Assembly: GCA_963664395.2 (NCBI GenBank)
Contig: OY761159.2
Coordinates: 1,472,001 to 1,536,000 of the forward strand
From: Candidatus Binatia bacterium
GTDB lineage: Bacteria > Desulfobacterota > Binatia > Bin18
Direction of reading: 5' to 3'
Length of the DNA stretch: 64,000 nt
The notes beneath the pieces are model-generated. The model was given only the letters and a program-made list of their open reading frames with translations, searched no databases and had not been told where the DNA came from. The position numbers and the translations under genes are program-made. How positions within the stretch are numbered: position 1 is the stretch's first letter; each line of letters begins with the position of its first letter. Positions 48,508 to 57,871 of the stretch are shown here, one piece after another.

Positions 48508-50364
48508 ATGAAATCCAAATCAATCACCATCGGCATCTTCCTATCAGTGGCCCTGGTCGTGACCGCAGCAGGGCTGTACTGGATGGCCAGCAGCGCCAGA
48601 GCAGGAAACTATCACCTCGCCATTTCCACCATTCGGCGGATTCAACAACTCGAAGCCCAGTGGAGTATTGAGACCGCCCGGGTCCGGTCCGACCCTCTGG
48701 CCGACTTCGACTCGCTGACCATCTTCATCCCCCGGATAGAGCGACTCAAAGCGACCCTGTCGGAAGCCATCCGGGGCACCCCAAACCTGCCGGACAGGCT
48801 GGTCAACGACACGAACGCCTACCTGAGCGCTATTGACGCCAAGGAAGAAAGGATTGAGCGCTTCAAGACGGGCTACGCCGTGCTGCGCAATTCCGTGCGC
48901 TACCTGCCGCTGGCCGCCACCAACGTGATGCAACAAATGCAGACCCGCGGCGGGAATTCGGCCTTCATCAAAAATATCGCGACCGTCACCGACGAGATCA
49001 ACACCTATCTGGCCTCACCCGCTCCCCCGGAAAAGGAGCGGCTGATGCGGGTATTGGGCGAACTGGGCGACGGTATTGCCTCCCGCCACCCCACGCTCAT
49101 CAACACGGCCATGAACTTTGTCGCCCACGGACAAGTGTTGCTCGACAAACAAGCACCGACCGAAGAATTTTTCCAAGAGGCGACCTCGAATCAAATCAGC
49201 GCCCTCGGAGGAGGCCTCATCAGGGGGTTGGAGTCCCAGATAGACAAGAAAGAGACCCTGGCCGCCTGGTACGAACGCGGCATCGTAGGAACGGGCGCCG
49301 CCTTGTGGCTGATGTGGTTGGGCATCGCATTCGGGATACCCAAGAAAAAAGAACAAGCGAGAAACGACAGCGTCTACAGAGGTCACGCCACCACAGGTGG
49401 CGACGCGGCGGCGCCACTGCCGAAAAATCCACTGATGCTGAGACAACAGGCCGACCCCAGACAACAGGCCGGCCCCAGACAACAGGCCGGCCCCGGACAG
49501 GACGAGGGACTCGAAAGGCTGACCGCAGACCTCATCAAAACCGAGGGGTCCTACACTGAAGAGACCAGCCCGACATCAGCCGCAGAGTTCACGGCCTACC
49601 AGATAGGGGTTGAGCTCGCCTCCGAGCAGTTGGTCGCACTCGCCGAGCGCATCAACAGCAGTACGGATATTCTCAACGACATGCCGGTCAAGCAGGATGA
49701 CAGCGGGCCGGAGTACGACCCTTCCACCCCGGATGCGGACGCCGGGTACACACCGGACGTAGAGCCATCCACCCCGGATGCGGAGAGGGAAGCCGCGGAC
49801 GTAGATCGGGAAGCCACGGCCGCGGTGATGTCGAGCATACACACGCAGGCCAACGGAATCGTTGAGCTGGCGAAACGTCTGCCCGCACTTTCGCCGAAAC
49901 GAGACGATGTCTACGCCCAGCTCGACCTCAACGATTACATTGACGAAATCGCGGACAGCACCCAGGCCAGGATCAGATCGTTAGTCGTCAAAGAGTTGAG
50001 CCCGATTCCGACCGTGCGCGCAGCGGAGTCCGACATCTACCTGATGTTTACCAATATCATTGAGAATGCGGTGTTGGCGATTCAGGAACGGAGACAAAAG
50101 AAAGGGATCATTCGGGTTGAGACCAAACAGGATAACGGAGGCATCCGAGTCACCATCACCGACAACGGGATCGGCATCCGGCCCGAGCGACGCAAGAAAG
50201 TCTTCAACCCGTTCTACACCACCAGAGACGGTGCCATCGGGATGGGACTCACCGTCACCCGCTATCTCGTGGAGAAATACGACGGCACCATCCTGATGAA
50301 CTCCGTACCCAACCAGGGCACGGTGATCCGGATCATGCTGCCCACCCAAGCCCAAGCGGCCTGA
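48508..50364 (+). CDS. DAHL-sensor histidine-kinase-like protein lacking a canonical H-box
   Basis: Two TMs flanking a helical domain with IERFKTGYAVLRNSVRYLP; HATPase boxes NIIENA, DNGIGI, VFNPFYTT and GMGL. Confidence 0.82.
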   Translation: MKSKSITIGIFLSVALVVTAAGLYWMASSARAGNYHLAISTIRRIQQLEAQWSIETARVRSDPLADFDSLTIFIPRIERLKATLSEAIRGTPNLPDRLVNDTNAYLSAIDAKEERIERFKTGYAVLRNSVRYLPLAATNVMQQMQTRGGNSAFIKNIATVTDEINTYLASPAPPEKERLMRVLGELGDGIASRHPTLINTAMNFVAHGQVLLDKQAPTEEFFQEATSNQISALGGGLIRGLESQIDKKETLAAWYERGIVGTGAALWLMWLGIAFGIPKKKEQARNDSVYRGHATTGGDAAAPLPKNPLMLRQQADPRQQAGPRQQAGPGQDEGLERLTADLIKTEGSYTEETSPTSAAEFTAYQIGVELASEQLVALAERINSSTDILNDMPVKQDDSGPEYDPSTPDADAGYTPDVEPSTPDAEREAADVDREATAAVMSSIHTQANGIVELAKRLPALSPKRDDVYAQLDLNDYIDEIADSTQARIRSLVVKELSPIPTVRAAESDIYLMFTNIIENAVLAIQERRQKKGIIRVETKQDNGGIRVTITDNGIGIRPERRKKVFNPFYTTRDGAIGMGLTVTRYLVEKYDGTILMNSVPNQGTVIRIMLPTQAQAA

Positions 50365-50385
50365 CTTGCAACGAATCGAAAGGAG

Positions 50386-50964
50386 ATGAGTCGCATGTTC
50401 AACATCAAACGATTTCTGGCCTGCCGTCGCGGGGTTGTCGCTCTGGAAAGCGCCATTGCCATCATCCCCCTCATGCTCTGCCTGGCCGGGGTGTTCGAGA
50501 TCGTCCAGAGCATCTTTGCCGGCGACCTGCTCCAGCGCGCCGCCCACCGGGTGGCGCGGGCCAATGCCTTGGCCGCGACCACGGCCAGCGATGCCGCGAA
50601 CCTGGAGGACCGCATCAGACAGGCCATCACCAACGAGGTCGGCGACTGGCTGGACTTTGACCTGACGATGAACGCCGCCTGCCCGCAGCCCCAAGAAGGC
50701 CAACAAGAGGCAGAATACTGCCTGTCGGCCACGGTGCAGGTCTACAACTCTCCGACTGATATGGCGACGACTGACGACAATCCGAACGGCCAACTGTCGC
50801 AGGAGGACGATACCGCGCTGGGTGGCGGGAGCGGCGACATGGTGGTGGTGCGGATGCGCTTGCAGCCCCGATCGGCGCTGGGTCAGCTCCAACAGACATT
50901 GTTCGGTGACGACGGGCTTCGGGCCATAGCTATTATGCGCAACGAAGAACGCATACCGGCGTAA
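50386..50964 (+). CDS. TadE-like pseudopilin
   Basis: RRG-VVALE-SAIAIIP class III signal, AAHRVAR, C-terminal MRNE. Confidence 0.85.
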   Translation: MSRMFNIKRFLACRRGVVALESAIAIIPLMLCLAGVFEIVQSIFAGDLLQRAAHRVARANALAATTASDAANLEDRIRQAITNEVGDWLDFDLTMNAACPQPQEGQQEAEYCLSATVQVYNSPTDMATTDDNPNGQLSQEDDTALGGGSGDMVVVRMRLQPRSALGQLQQTLFGDDGLRAIAIMRNEERIPA

Positions 50965-50975
50965 CAGGGGTTGTC

Positions 50976-51566
50976 ATGAATCTGAAAAATCTGAAAAACT
51001 ATCTGCGCAACCGACGCGGCGTGGCCTCTATCGAGGCCGCACTCGGCACCGTGGTCATACTCACCGCCTCGGCGCTTGCCCTTGATCTATACCGGCTGGC
51101 CAGCACCCAGACGACGACCCTGCACGCCGCCGTTACCCTGGCGGACACCGTGAGCCGGGACGATCAACTCGAAGCGGGCTTTGTGCAGACGTTGGCCAAA
51201 TTTCTGCACCAGGAGCAGTTCCCCACCTCGAACGTCGTCTTTGTGCTCTCCGCGGTGTACAAGAGCCCCGCCGACCCCGCAGCTTCGCCCACCGTGCTCT
51301 GGACCGAAACGGTCGTGCTCGGCCCGGAAGACGGTCAAGCGCCCACGCTGACCTCGTGCAGTGGGGAGTGGGAAATCAGTATCGACACGCTGAACAATCC
51401 GGCCACCCTGCCGGACGTATTTACCATGTCGCTCGAAGAACTCGCCATTGTCGCAACGGTGTGCGTCGAGCGGACGAACACCGCCATGGCCGGAGCAGTG
51501 TACGCCCACTACATCGTGCCTGCCCGTGCCGATAATTTGGCGACAAATTTGGGCGCGACCGGTTGA
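50976..51566 (+). CDS. TadE/TadF-like pseudopilin
   Basis: RRG-VASIE-AAL class III signal and TLADTVSR motif. Confidence 0.82.
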   Translation: MNLKNLKNYLRNRRGVASIEAALGTVVILTASALALDLYRLASTQTTTLHAAVTLADTVSRDDQLEAGFVQTLAKFLHQEQFPTSNVVFVLSAVYKSPADPAASPTVLWTETVVLGPEDGQAPTLTSCSGEWEISIDTLNNPATLPDVFTMSLEELAIVATVCVERTNTAMAGAVYAHYIVPARADNLATNLGATG

Positions 51567-51585
51567 TGGAAGAGGAAGAGTTAGG

Positions 51586-53343
51586 ATGCAAACAGGAACC
51601 CACCCCGGCCCTTCGACAAGCTCAGGACCACCCCTCCGAAGAGGGGAGCAGGACCTATCCCCTCTTGGGAGGGGTGCCGCGCAAGCGGCGGGGTGGGTTG
51701 TTCCCTTCGTCCGCTGCCGACGTGCCGCCGCCACCGCGCTGACCGCAGCCGTGATGACCCTCATGAGCGTTGCCGGCATTGCCCTGACCTCCGACCATAC
51801 CCATCTGGTTTACCAGCGCGACATCCTCAAGGCCGCGACCGACGCGGCCACCCTGGCCACGACCCGCCACCTGTGGACACTCGGTCAAAATTTGTCCGAT
51901 GAGCAGGTGAAAGCCGCGCTCCTGCCCATAGCCCAGCGCTATATTCTGGCCAATATCCCGGAGAGCCGGCGCGAGCGGGCCACAGAAACGCTGACGGTGA
52001 CGCTGGTGTCAGACCGCACCGCCGGTACGGTGGACATCACTGCCGAAGCCGACCTGGGCGGCATCATTTTCGGGAGTTGGATGTACGGCAATATGGTGCC
52101 GAGCACGCGCGTGGGCAGCCTGTCCGAACTTGAGGTCGCAGACGAAACGACCACCACCACGCCTACTCCCGACACCACGCCTACTCCCGACACCCCGACC
52201 ACCCCCAGCACGCCACCCATGACCGAGTTGGTTCTGGCCATCGATGTCACCGGCTCGATGAGTTCTGATCTCAATGGCAATCGGCCACGTGGGTCAAATC
52301 GGAGCCGCATCGCTATTGTAAAAGCGGCTGCCCAGCAACTCGTCAACACCATTACCACTGATGCCAACGGCACCGTCGCTATCGGAATGGTCCCCTGGGC
52401 CTTCCGGGTGCAATTTGACCAGGCGACACGCACACGATGGGAAGATAACAGTTGGGCGCAGTATCCGACCCGGCGCTACTATCCGAATCCTCATTGGGAA
52501 AGTTGGAAAAAAATACCGAGGAACAGTAACAGAGGCTGGTTCCCGGACCCCCATCTCGTCACTGCCGCGGGCGAGTGGCACGATGTGCCAGCCAAGGGGA
52601 ACAAAGGCTGGCAGGGCTGTGTTGACCAACGCCGGATGTCCGGTAACGACCCGCCCGGCATCTCCGCCGCTCTGCCAACGGTCGAGCCGTTCACTATGGG
52701 ATTTTATTCACCAACCGTAGGGTACCCAAGGGACAGCCCCATATCGCTCCAGTGTGATCAGGCGGACCCCATCTCCAATCGCCCCTCCAGGAGAAAAGAT
52801 GAGTGTTTTACAGGGACCGGACACGCGGCAACCTATAAGCAGACGGCGCAGTTCAACTGTAGTGTCCAGACGATCATGCCGCTGACGACGACTATCAGCG
52901 AAATAACTGGTAAAATCAGTAGCTTAGGAACGGGCGGCTCTGCGACCTATTCAACGCTTGGCGTGGTCTGGGGCCACCGGCTGCTGGCATCGACCTGGCG
53001 CACTATCTGGGGCGACGCGGTGCATCCCGTGAATGCGGCTTCGAACGTACGGAAAATGCTGGTCTTGCTGACCGATGGCGACGACAATCACCTGGACCGG
53101 GAAATTGTGCGGAACCATAGAAGCAAGGCATGTACCGCGGCAAAGGACGCCGGCATTGAGATCATCACCATCTTTGCCGGTGACCCGAGCAGGGATTTGA
53201 AAGACGATTTGCTTGCATGTGCAAGTCCGGCCGGCGAAGACGCCGACGACACGAACTCCTTTACCGGCGAGACGGAAGCGGAGTTGGAAGGCGCTTTTGA
53301 GACGATTGGCCAGCGGTTGCGGCCGTTGCGACTCATGCGCTAA
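51586..53343 (+). CDS. tadG: TadG-like protein with VWA domain
   Basis: Hydrophobic segment then LKAATDAATLA; LVLAIDVTGSM MIDAS, W.GCV, LLTDG, C..AK..GI.I and L..CAS motifs. Confidence 0.85.
   Translation: MQTGTHPGPSTSSGPPLRRGEQDLSPLGRGAAQAAGWVVPFVRCRRAAATALTAAVMTLMSVAGIALTSDHTHLVYQRDILKAATDAATLATTRHLWTLGQNLSDEQVKAALLPIAQRYILANIPESRRERATETLTVTLVSDRTAGTVDITAEADLGGIIFGSWMYGNMVPSTRVGSLSELEVADETTTTTPTPDTTPTPDTPTTPSTPPMTELVLAIDVTGSMSSDLNGNRPRGSNRSRIAIVKAAAQQLVNTITTDANGTVAIGMVPWAFRVQFDQATRTRWEDNSWAQYPTRRYYPNPHWESWKKIPRNSNRGWFPDPHLVTAAGEWHDVPAKGNKGWQGCVDQRRMSGNDPPGISAALPTVEPFTMGFYSPTVGYPRDSPISLQCDQADPISNRPSRRKDECFTGTGHAATYKQTAQFNCSVQTIMPLTTTISEITGKISSLGTGGSATYSTLGVVWGHRLLASTWRTIWGDAVHPVNAASNVRKMLVLLTDGDDNHLDREIVRNHRSKACTAAKDAGIEIITIFAGDPSRDLKDDLLACASPAGEDADDTNSFTGETEAELEGAFETIGQRLRPLRLMR
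51595..51699. repeat. palindromic REP-like element within tadG 5' end
   Basis: AACCCACCCC...CCCCTCCGAAGAGGGG...CCCCTCTTGGGAGGGG...GGGGTGGGTT; its reverse complement aligns with 56087-56225. Confidence 0.8.
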
Positions 53344-53489
53344 GCGAATCGATTATGCAGTGTTTTGTTTTATGCGGAGGAGAAAAAAGGAGAAAAAGTT
53401 TTGCAGTATCAGCAGATCAATCGAAAAGAAAATTTGGCCCGAAAACGTATTCGTTGACAATAACCCCGAACCGGAGAAAGGAAGAAGAC

Positions 53490-53687
53490 ATGACCACAAT
53501 CGCACGTTACACCAAAAAGTTCGCCCGCTACCTGCGCAACACCCGCGGGGTCTCCGCCCTGGAATACGCTATTCTGGTGGGAGTCATTGCCGTGGCTATT
53601 GCGGCAGCGCTCGGGACATTTAGCGGTCAGATCGGGAAGGCGATGAATACGATCGGAACTGATGTGGGACATTTAAGGCCCAGGTAA
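53490..53687 (+). CDS. flp: Flp/Fap major pilin
   Basis: RG-VSALEY-AILVGVIAVAI Flp motif, 65 aa; AAGGAAG RBS. Confidence 0.93.
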   Translation: MTTIARYTKKFARYLRNTRGVSALEYAILVGVIAVAIAAALGTFSGQIGKAMNTIGTDVGHLRPR

Positions 53688-53791
53688 GGCAGATCTCACC
53701 CCTTAAACAAAGTCTGTCGTTCTTCGGCACCGGGCGGTGGGGCGGTTCCGGCGTCGTTGCCTTGCATACTCTGTGCATGTAGTATTGCAGT

Positions 53792-56026
53792 GTGTTAGGT
53801 AGGATACATTCAGAATGTCGGCGTGTGCTGGGGCTGCTCGTTGTCGGCATACTCATTGCCGGCAGCCCCGGCTACGGCCAGGAGCCGGACCCCGGAGCAA
53901 CCCCGGCGGTCCCGGTTCCCAACGGCAGTGGACCCGAAGTCGTGCCCATCGTGACGCGCGCCGGGGCGCATGACGATTTTGGACGCATTGTGTTCGATTG
54001 GCCGTGGACCGTGGCCTACGGCGCACAGATAGAGGGGAAAACGCTGACTGTCATGTTCGACCGCCATTTGCACACCACATTTCAGGAGATTTCACGTAAT
54101 CTTGGTGCGTATATCACTGACGTAGAACTCGGCCCCGACGGCCAGAGCGTGATCGCCTCGCTGACCGACGAGTACCGGCTGCGCACCTTTATTCTCAATA
54201 ATAGCGAGAATGAGGGCGTCAAGGTGGTCGTTGACCTGCTTGCCGATGGAGGGGCAGGCCCTATACGGCTTGCCCAGGCTCCCGTCCTCCCCTTGCCGGA
54301 GCCGTCTCCTGAGGCCGTCCCCGGAGATGTACCCTCCCCCTCCATCTCCGGGGATTCTCCCCTTCCTCCCAGCCTCCCCTTCGCTGCTGAGGCAGCAGCC
54401 GAGCCGACTTCCGAAGACACACCCCCGGCAGAAGCTGAAGCTGCCCCCGTGGACGTACCCCTCCCTCTCCCTGAGGGAGAAGCTGAAGCTGTTCCCCCAG
54501 CCGAAACCGTCAAAGCCGAAGCTGCCCCGCTCCCAGGGGGAGAAACTGTTCCACCCTCTCCCCCTGGTGAGCCCGCGGACGTACCCCCTGTGAAAGCAGA
54601 CGAGGCTATGCCCCCGGCAGAAACCGAAGTCGGAGCAGACCTTCTCCCAGAGGGTGAGGGTTCCGAGCCTGCCACCGTGGGCGTGCCTCCAACCGAAACA
54701 GAAGCCGCGCCCCCGGCAGAAGCTGCACCCGCAACCAAAGACACTGCCCCGGTCACGACCGACCCAACCCCCGAATCCCTAACCCCCAACCCCCAAATCC
54801 CCACCCTGCCCGTCTCTGTGCGTATTCCCGTCTCTCAGAGCCGACTCTTCCGACTCGACACGCCGGTTGCTTCGGTCTTTGTGGCCAATCCGGACATCGC
54901 GGATGTGCAGCTTGTCTCATCCGGCGTGCTGTTCGTAGTCGGCAAGGCCGTTGGTCGGACGTCGGTGGCCGCACTCGATGCCGACAGCGAGTTGGTTGGC
55001 CAGTGGACCATAGCCACGGTCCTTGATATCCAGCCGGCCCGGGCCGCGATTGAGGGCGTGCCCGCGCTCAAAAACGTCGTTGTCCGCCAACTCAACCGAG
55101 GGGTCGAACTCAGCGGTACGGTGGCATCCATCGCCACGGCCGACCTGGCCCTGCGGCTGACGACAACCGCTCTCCCGGAAGAGACGCCGGTCGAAAACCG
55201 CATCAGCGTGACGGGCAAACAGCAGGTCAACCTCGAAGTGCAGATCGCCGAAGTACAGCGCAGCGTCAGCGAAACCCTGGGGTTCAACTGGGAAGTGTTG
55301 CCGGATATCGGTGTCGGGCGTGGCCTCGGGATGCGGGTCGGTCGCTTCTTCTTCAGCGAGGCGACCGGATTCATCTCGCAGGGCTTGCCCGGAGGACGAG
55401 CCGCAGCGCTGTTCGGTAGCACCGGTATCAGTCCCGGTAGAACAACGGTGCAGGGCCTGATAGACGCGCTGGCCACCGCCGGCTTGGCGACGATACTGGC
55501 ACGGCCCAACGTGACTGCTATTTCGGGCGAGACGGCCAGCTTTTTTTCCGGCGGGGAATACCCCCTGCCCTCGGGCTTTGAGGACGGCGCAATTATTTTC
55601 GAATACAAGAAATACGGCGTACTGCTGGACTTTGTGCCAACGATTATTGACAACGAGCGCATTATGCTGACCGTGCGCCCGGAGGTGTCGCAGCGCTCGG
55701 AGACCGAATCGCTCAAAGTCGTCGGAATCGATATCCCGGTCATCAATGTCCGTCGGGCCGAGACCACGGTTGAGGTTGGCGACGGCGAGTCCATCGTGAT
55801 TGCCGGGCTATACCGCGACCAGAGCCAAGCGGTCGAATCCGGCCTGCCGGTCATCAAGGATATTCCGTTGTTGGGCATGCTGTTCGGCACACAGTCGGTC
55901 CGCTCGAACGCCACCGAACTGATTGTTGTTGTCACGGCGCGGCTGACCACCGCAACGACCATGCCCCGCACGACAGACCGAGACCGCCAACTGCCCGGTC
56001 GCCGTTTGCGCGGCTATCATTACTGA
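53792..56026 (+). CDS. cpaC: RcpA/CpaC secretin with extra N-terminal domain and Pro/Ala/Glu-rich linker
   Basis: VFVANPDIADV, QVNLEVQIAEV, PNVTAISGETASFFSGGE.P, EYKKYGV, RRAETTVE and P..KDIPLLG.LF motifs. Confidence 0.9.
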   Translation: MLGRIHSECRRVLGLLVVGILIAGSPGYGQEPDPGATPAVPVPNGSGPEVVPIVTRAGAHDDFGRIVFDWPWTVAYGAQIEGKTLTVMFDRHLHTTFQEISRNLGAYITDVELGPDGQSVIASLTDEYRLRTFILNNSENEGVKVVVDLLADGGAGPIRLAQAPVLPLPEPSPEAVPGDVPSPSISGDSPLPPSLPFAAEAAAEPTSEDTPPAEAEAAPVDVPLPLPEGEAEAVPPAETVKAEAAPLPGGETVPPSPPGEPADVPPVKADEAMPPAETEVGADLLPEGEGSEPATVGVPPTETEAAPPAEAAPATKDTAPVTTDPTPESLTPNPQIPTLPVSVRIPVSQSRLFRLDTPVASVFVANPDIADVQLVSSGVLFVVGKAVGRTSVAALDADSELVGQWTIATVLDIQPARAAIEGVPALKNVVVRQLNRGVELSGTVASIATADLALRLTTTALPEETPVENRISVTGKQQVNLEVQIAEVQRSVSETLGFNWEVLPDIGVGRGLGMRVGRFFFSEATGFISQGLPGGRAAALFGSTGISPGRTTVQGLIDALATAGLATILARPNVTAISGETASFFSGGEYPLPSGFEDGAIIFEYKKYGVLLDFVPTIIDNERIMLTVRPEVSQRSETESLKVVGIDIPVINVRRAETTVEVGDGESIVIAGLYRDQSQAVESGLPVIKDIPLLGMLFGTQSVRSNATELIVVVTARLTTATTMPRTTDRDRQLPGRRLRGYHY

Positions 56027-56042
56027 GGCGAGGAGAACTCCC

Positions 56043-56531
56043 ATGAACATGCTTTGGCCTGACTCACTGTTGCCGCTTGCCAGGGGAGGAACCCACCCCG
56101 CCGCTGACGCGGCACCCCTCCCAAGAGGGGATATGTGCTCTTCCCCTAACGCGGTACCCCTCCCGCGAAGGGATGTTCTGCTCCCCTCCTTGGAGGGGTG
56201 GCCCGAAGGGCCGGGGTGGGTTCCTTGTTGCGTCATACTTCCCATCCTGCTGGCTATAGCTTTGGTCGGCGCCGGGTGCGCCGTGGTGCCACTGTCAATA
56301 CACCAAACCCTGCCACCCACCCGCATGGCGCTGTCCAGCCTCGAAGGGGCGCAGCGCAGCCTGGACGACATTAGAACGGATTATGAGAACAGCCTTGAAA
56401 CGGCCCCGGCCGAGCGGCCGGTCGCGGCCTATGGGGCGACCCACGGAGCCTATCAGCGCTGGGTGACGGACGAAGTGCGCGAGCTGCCGTCCGTATCGCA
56501 AACCATCGCTATCGGAGGTGGCGATACCTAG
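56043..56531 (+). CDS. putative Tad-associated lipoprotein
   Basis: Lipobox-like LVGAGC after a repeat-derived N-terminus; GAGGAG RBS; position after the secretin. Confidence 0.6.
   Translation: MNMLWPDSLLPLARGGTHPAADAAPLPRGDMCSSPNAVPLPRRDVLLPSLEGWPEGPGWVPCCVILPILLAIALVGAGCAVVPLSIHQTLPPTRMALSSLEGAQRSLDDIRTDYENSLETAPAERPVAAYGATHGAYQRWVTDEVRELPSVSQTIAIGGGDT
56087..56225. repeat. palindromic REP-like element (inverted relative to 51595-51699)
   Basis: AGGAACCCACCCC...CCCCTCCCAAGAGGGG...CCCCTCCTTGGAGGGG...GGGGTGGGTTCCT. Confidence 0.8.
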
Positions 56532-56682
56532 AGCAATTTACGATTCTGTCTAGCCAGCCCCTTCCGTCATTCCGGCGAAAGCGGGAATCCAGGCTCCAGG
56601 CTCCCCGCCTCTGGATGCCGGATCAAGTCCGGCATGACGAGCGCATAACAGCATGGCTACAGCTTAACGTGAAACGCCCTAG
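56528..56682. mobile_element. MITE-like element with CTAG ends enclosing a REP-type palindrome
   Basis: Ends CTAGAGCAATTTACGAT and AACGTGAAACGCCCTAG are imperfect inverted repeats; internal CGTCATTCCGGCGAAAGCGGGAATCCAG...CTGGATGCCGGATCAAGTCCGGCATGACG. Confidence 0.6.
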
Positions 56683-56702
56683 GGCACGAGGAAACGCCGT
56701 CC

Positions 56703-57855
56703 ATGGAAGCGACCGAAACCAGCAATATCCTCGCCTTTGCGGTTGACGCCGAAACCGAACGGGTGCTGAAAGGGGCGCTGGCCGGGCGTGGGGCCCAGGT
56801 GCGGCGCGGTGATGTCTCCGAAGCCATTAAAACGCTGAGTTCCGCGGCATCACCCCGGCTACTGTTCGTTGACCTGGACGGCGCCGAGTTTCCGGTCGGG
56901 CGGATTCACGAGTTGGCCTCGGTGTGCGAATTCGGGACCGCGGTCATTGCCGTCAGCTCGAATGATACGGCCCGCTTCACCCGCGAACTGCTGGCCTGCG
57001 GAGTCAACGACTATCTGCCCAAACCCCTGACGGTCAGTGATATTCATGACGCGGTGACCACGGCGCTCAGGGACGAGGAGGACGTGGCCGCCCGCCTGTA
57101 CGCCGGACGGGTGATTGCGTTTGCCGGTTGCGGCGGCAGCGGCGCCACTACCCTGGCTGCGCTGACGGCTCTGACCGCAGCGGCCCAGGGCAGCTATGTG
57201 TCGGTGCTGGACCTGGAGCGGACCTCCGGGGCCCTGCTGCTGATGCTGGACGTTGAGCCCGCGGTAGGGTTTGACGAGTTGCTCGACCTTGGCGGCCAAG
57301 CCGGACCCGGACCCGAGCCTGATTGACGGGGTGCAGACTCGTGTGGCCCCAAGAATCTCGGTCTACGGCTACCGGGCGAGCGACAGCCTGCCGGCCCCGC
57401 CGGCGGCTGAGGCCGTCCAATGGCTGATGGAACAGCTCGCCAACCGCTCCCACCTTGTCATTGTGGACGGCCTGACGGATACCGATCTGCTGTTCTCTGT
57501 GCTGGCAAGCGCGGACGAACGGGTGCTGGTCTTTGAACCGACCCTGGTCAGTCTCAACCGGGTCATCCGCCGCATGGCGCTGCTCGGCAGGGACAACTGG
57601 GGCCTGCTGGTCGAAAACCACACCAGGGCGCGTAAGAGCACACTGTCTGCGGAGGATATTCGTTATACCCTGGCCGGGCGTGAGCCGGATGTGACCATGC
57701 CGTTCGAGCCCGGTCTACCGGCGGCAACCAACTACGGCCTGCCGGAACGGGATTTCAGCAAAAAATACCGCAAAGCCCTGGACGACCTGACCGGTCGTCT
57801 GACCCGCCCGGCCGTCTCGCTGGCCGACGCCGTACAGTACGACACCCAATTCTAA
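56703..57855 (+). pseudogene. cpaE: CpaE/TadZ receiver-MinD-like protein, frameshifted near 57290
   Basis: Receiver-like LLFVDLD..DYLPKP and deviant Walker A GGSGATT in ORF 56703-57326; the C-terminal half continues in ORF 57271-57855. Confidence 0.85.
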
Positions 57856-57871
57856 GGCAAAGAGTATCCAT

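Noticed and set aside
53762-53789. TTGCATAC...GTATTGCA upstream of the secretin as another TetR operator
   Set aside because: Only loosely similar, with different spacing; cannot be supported by eye.
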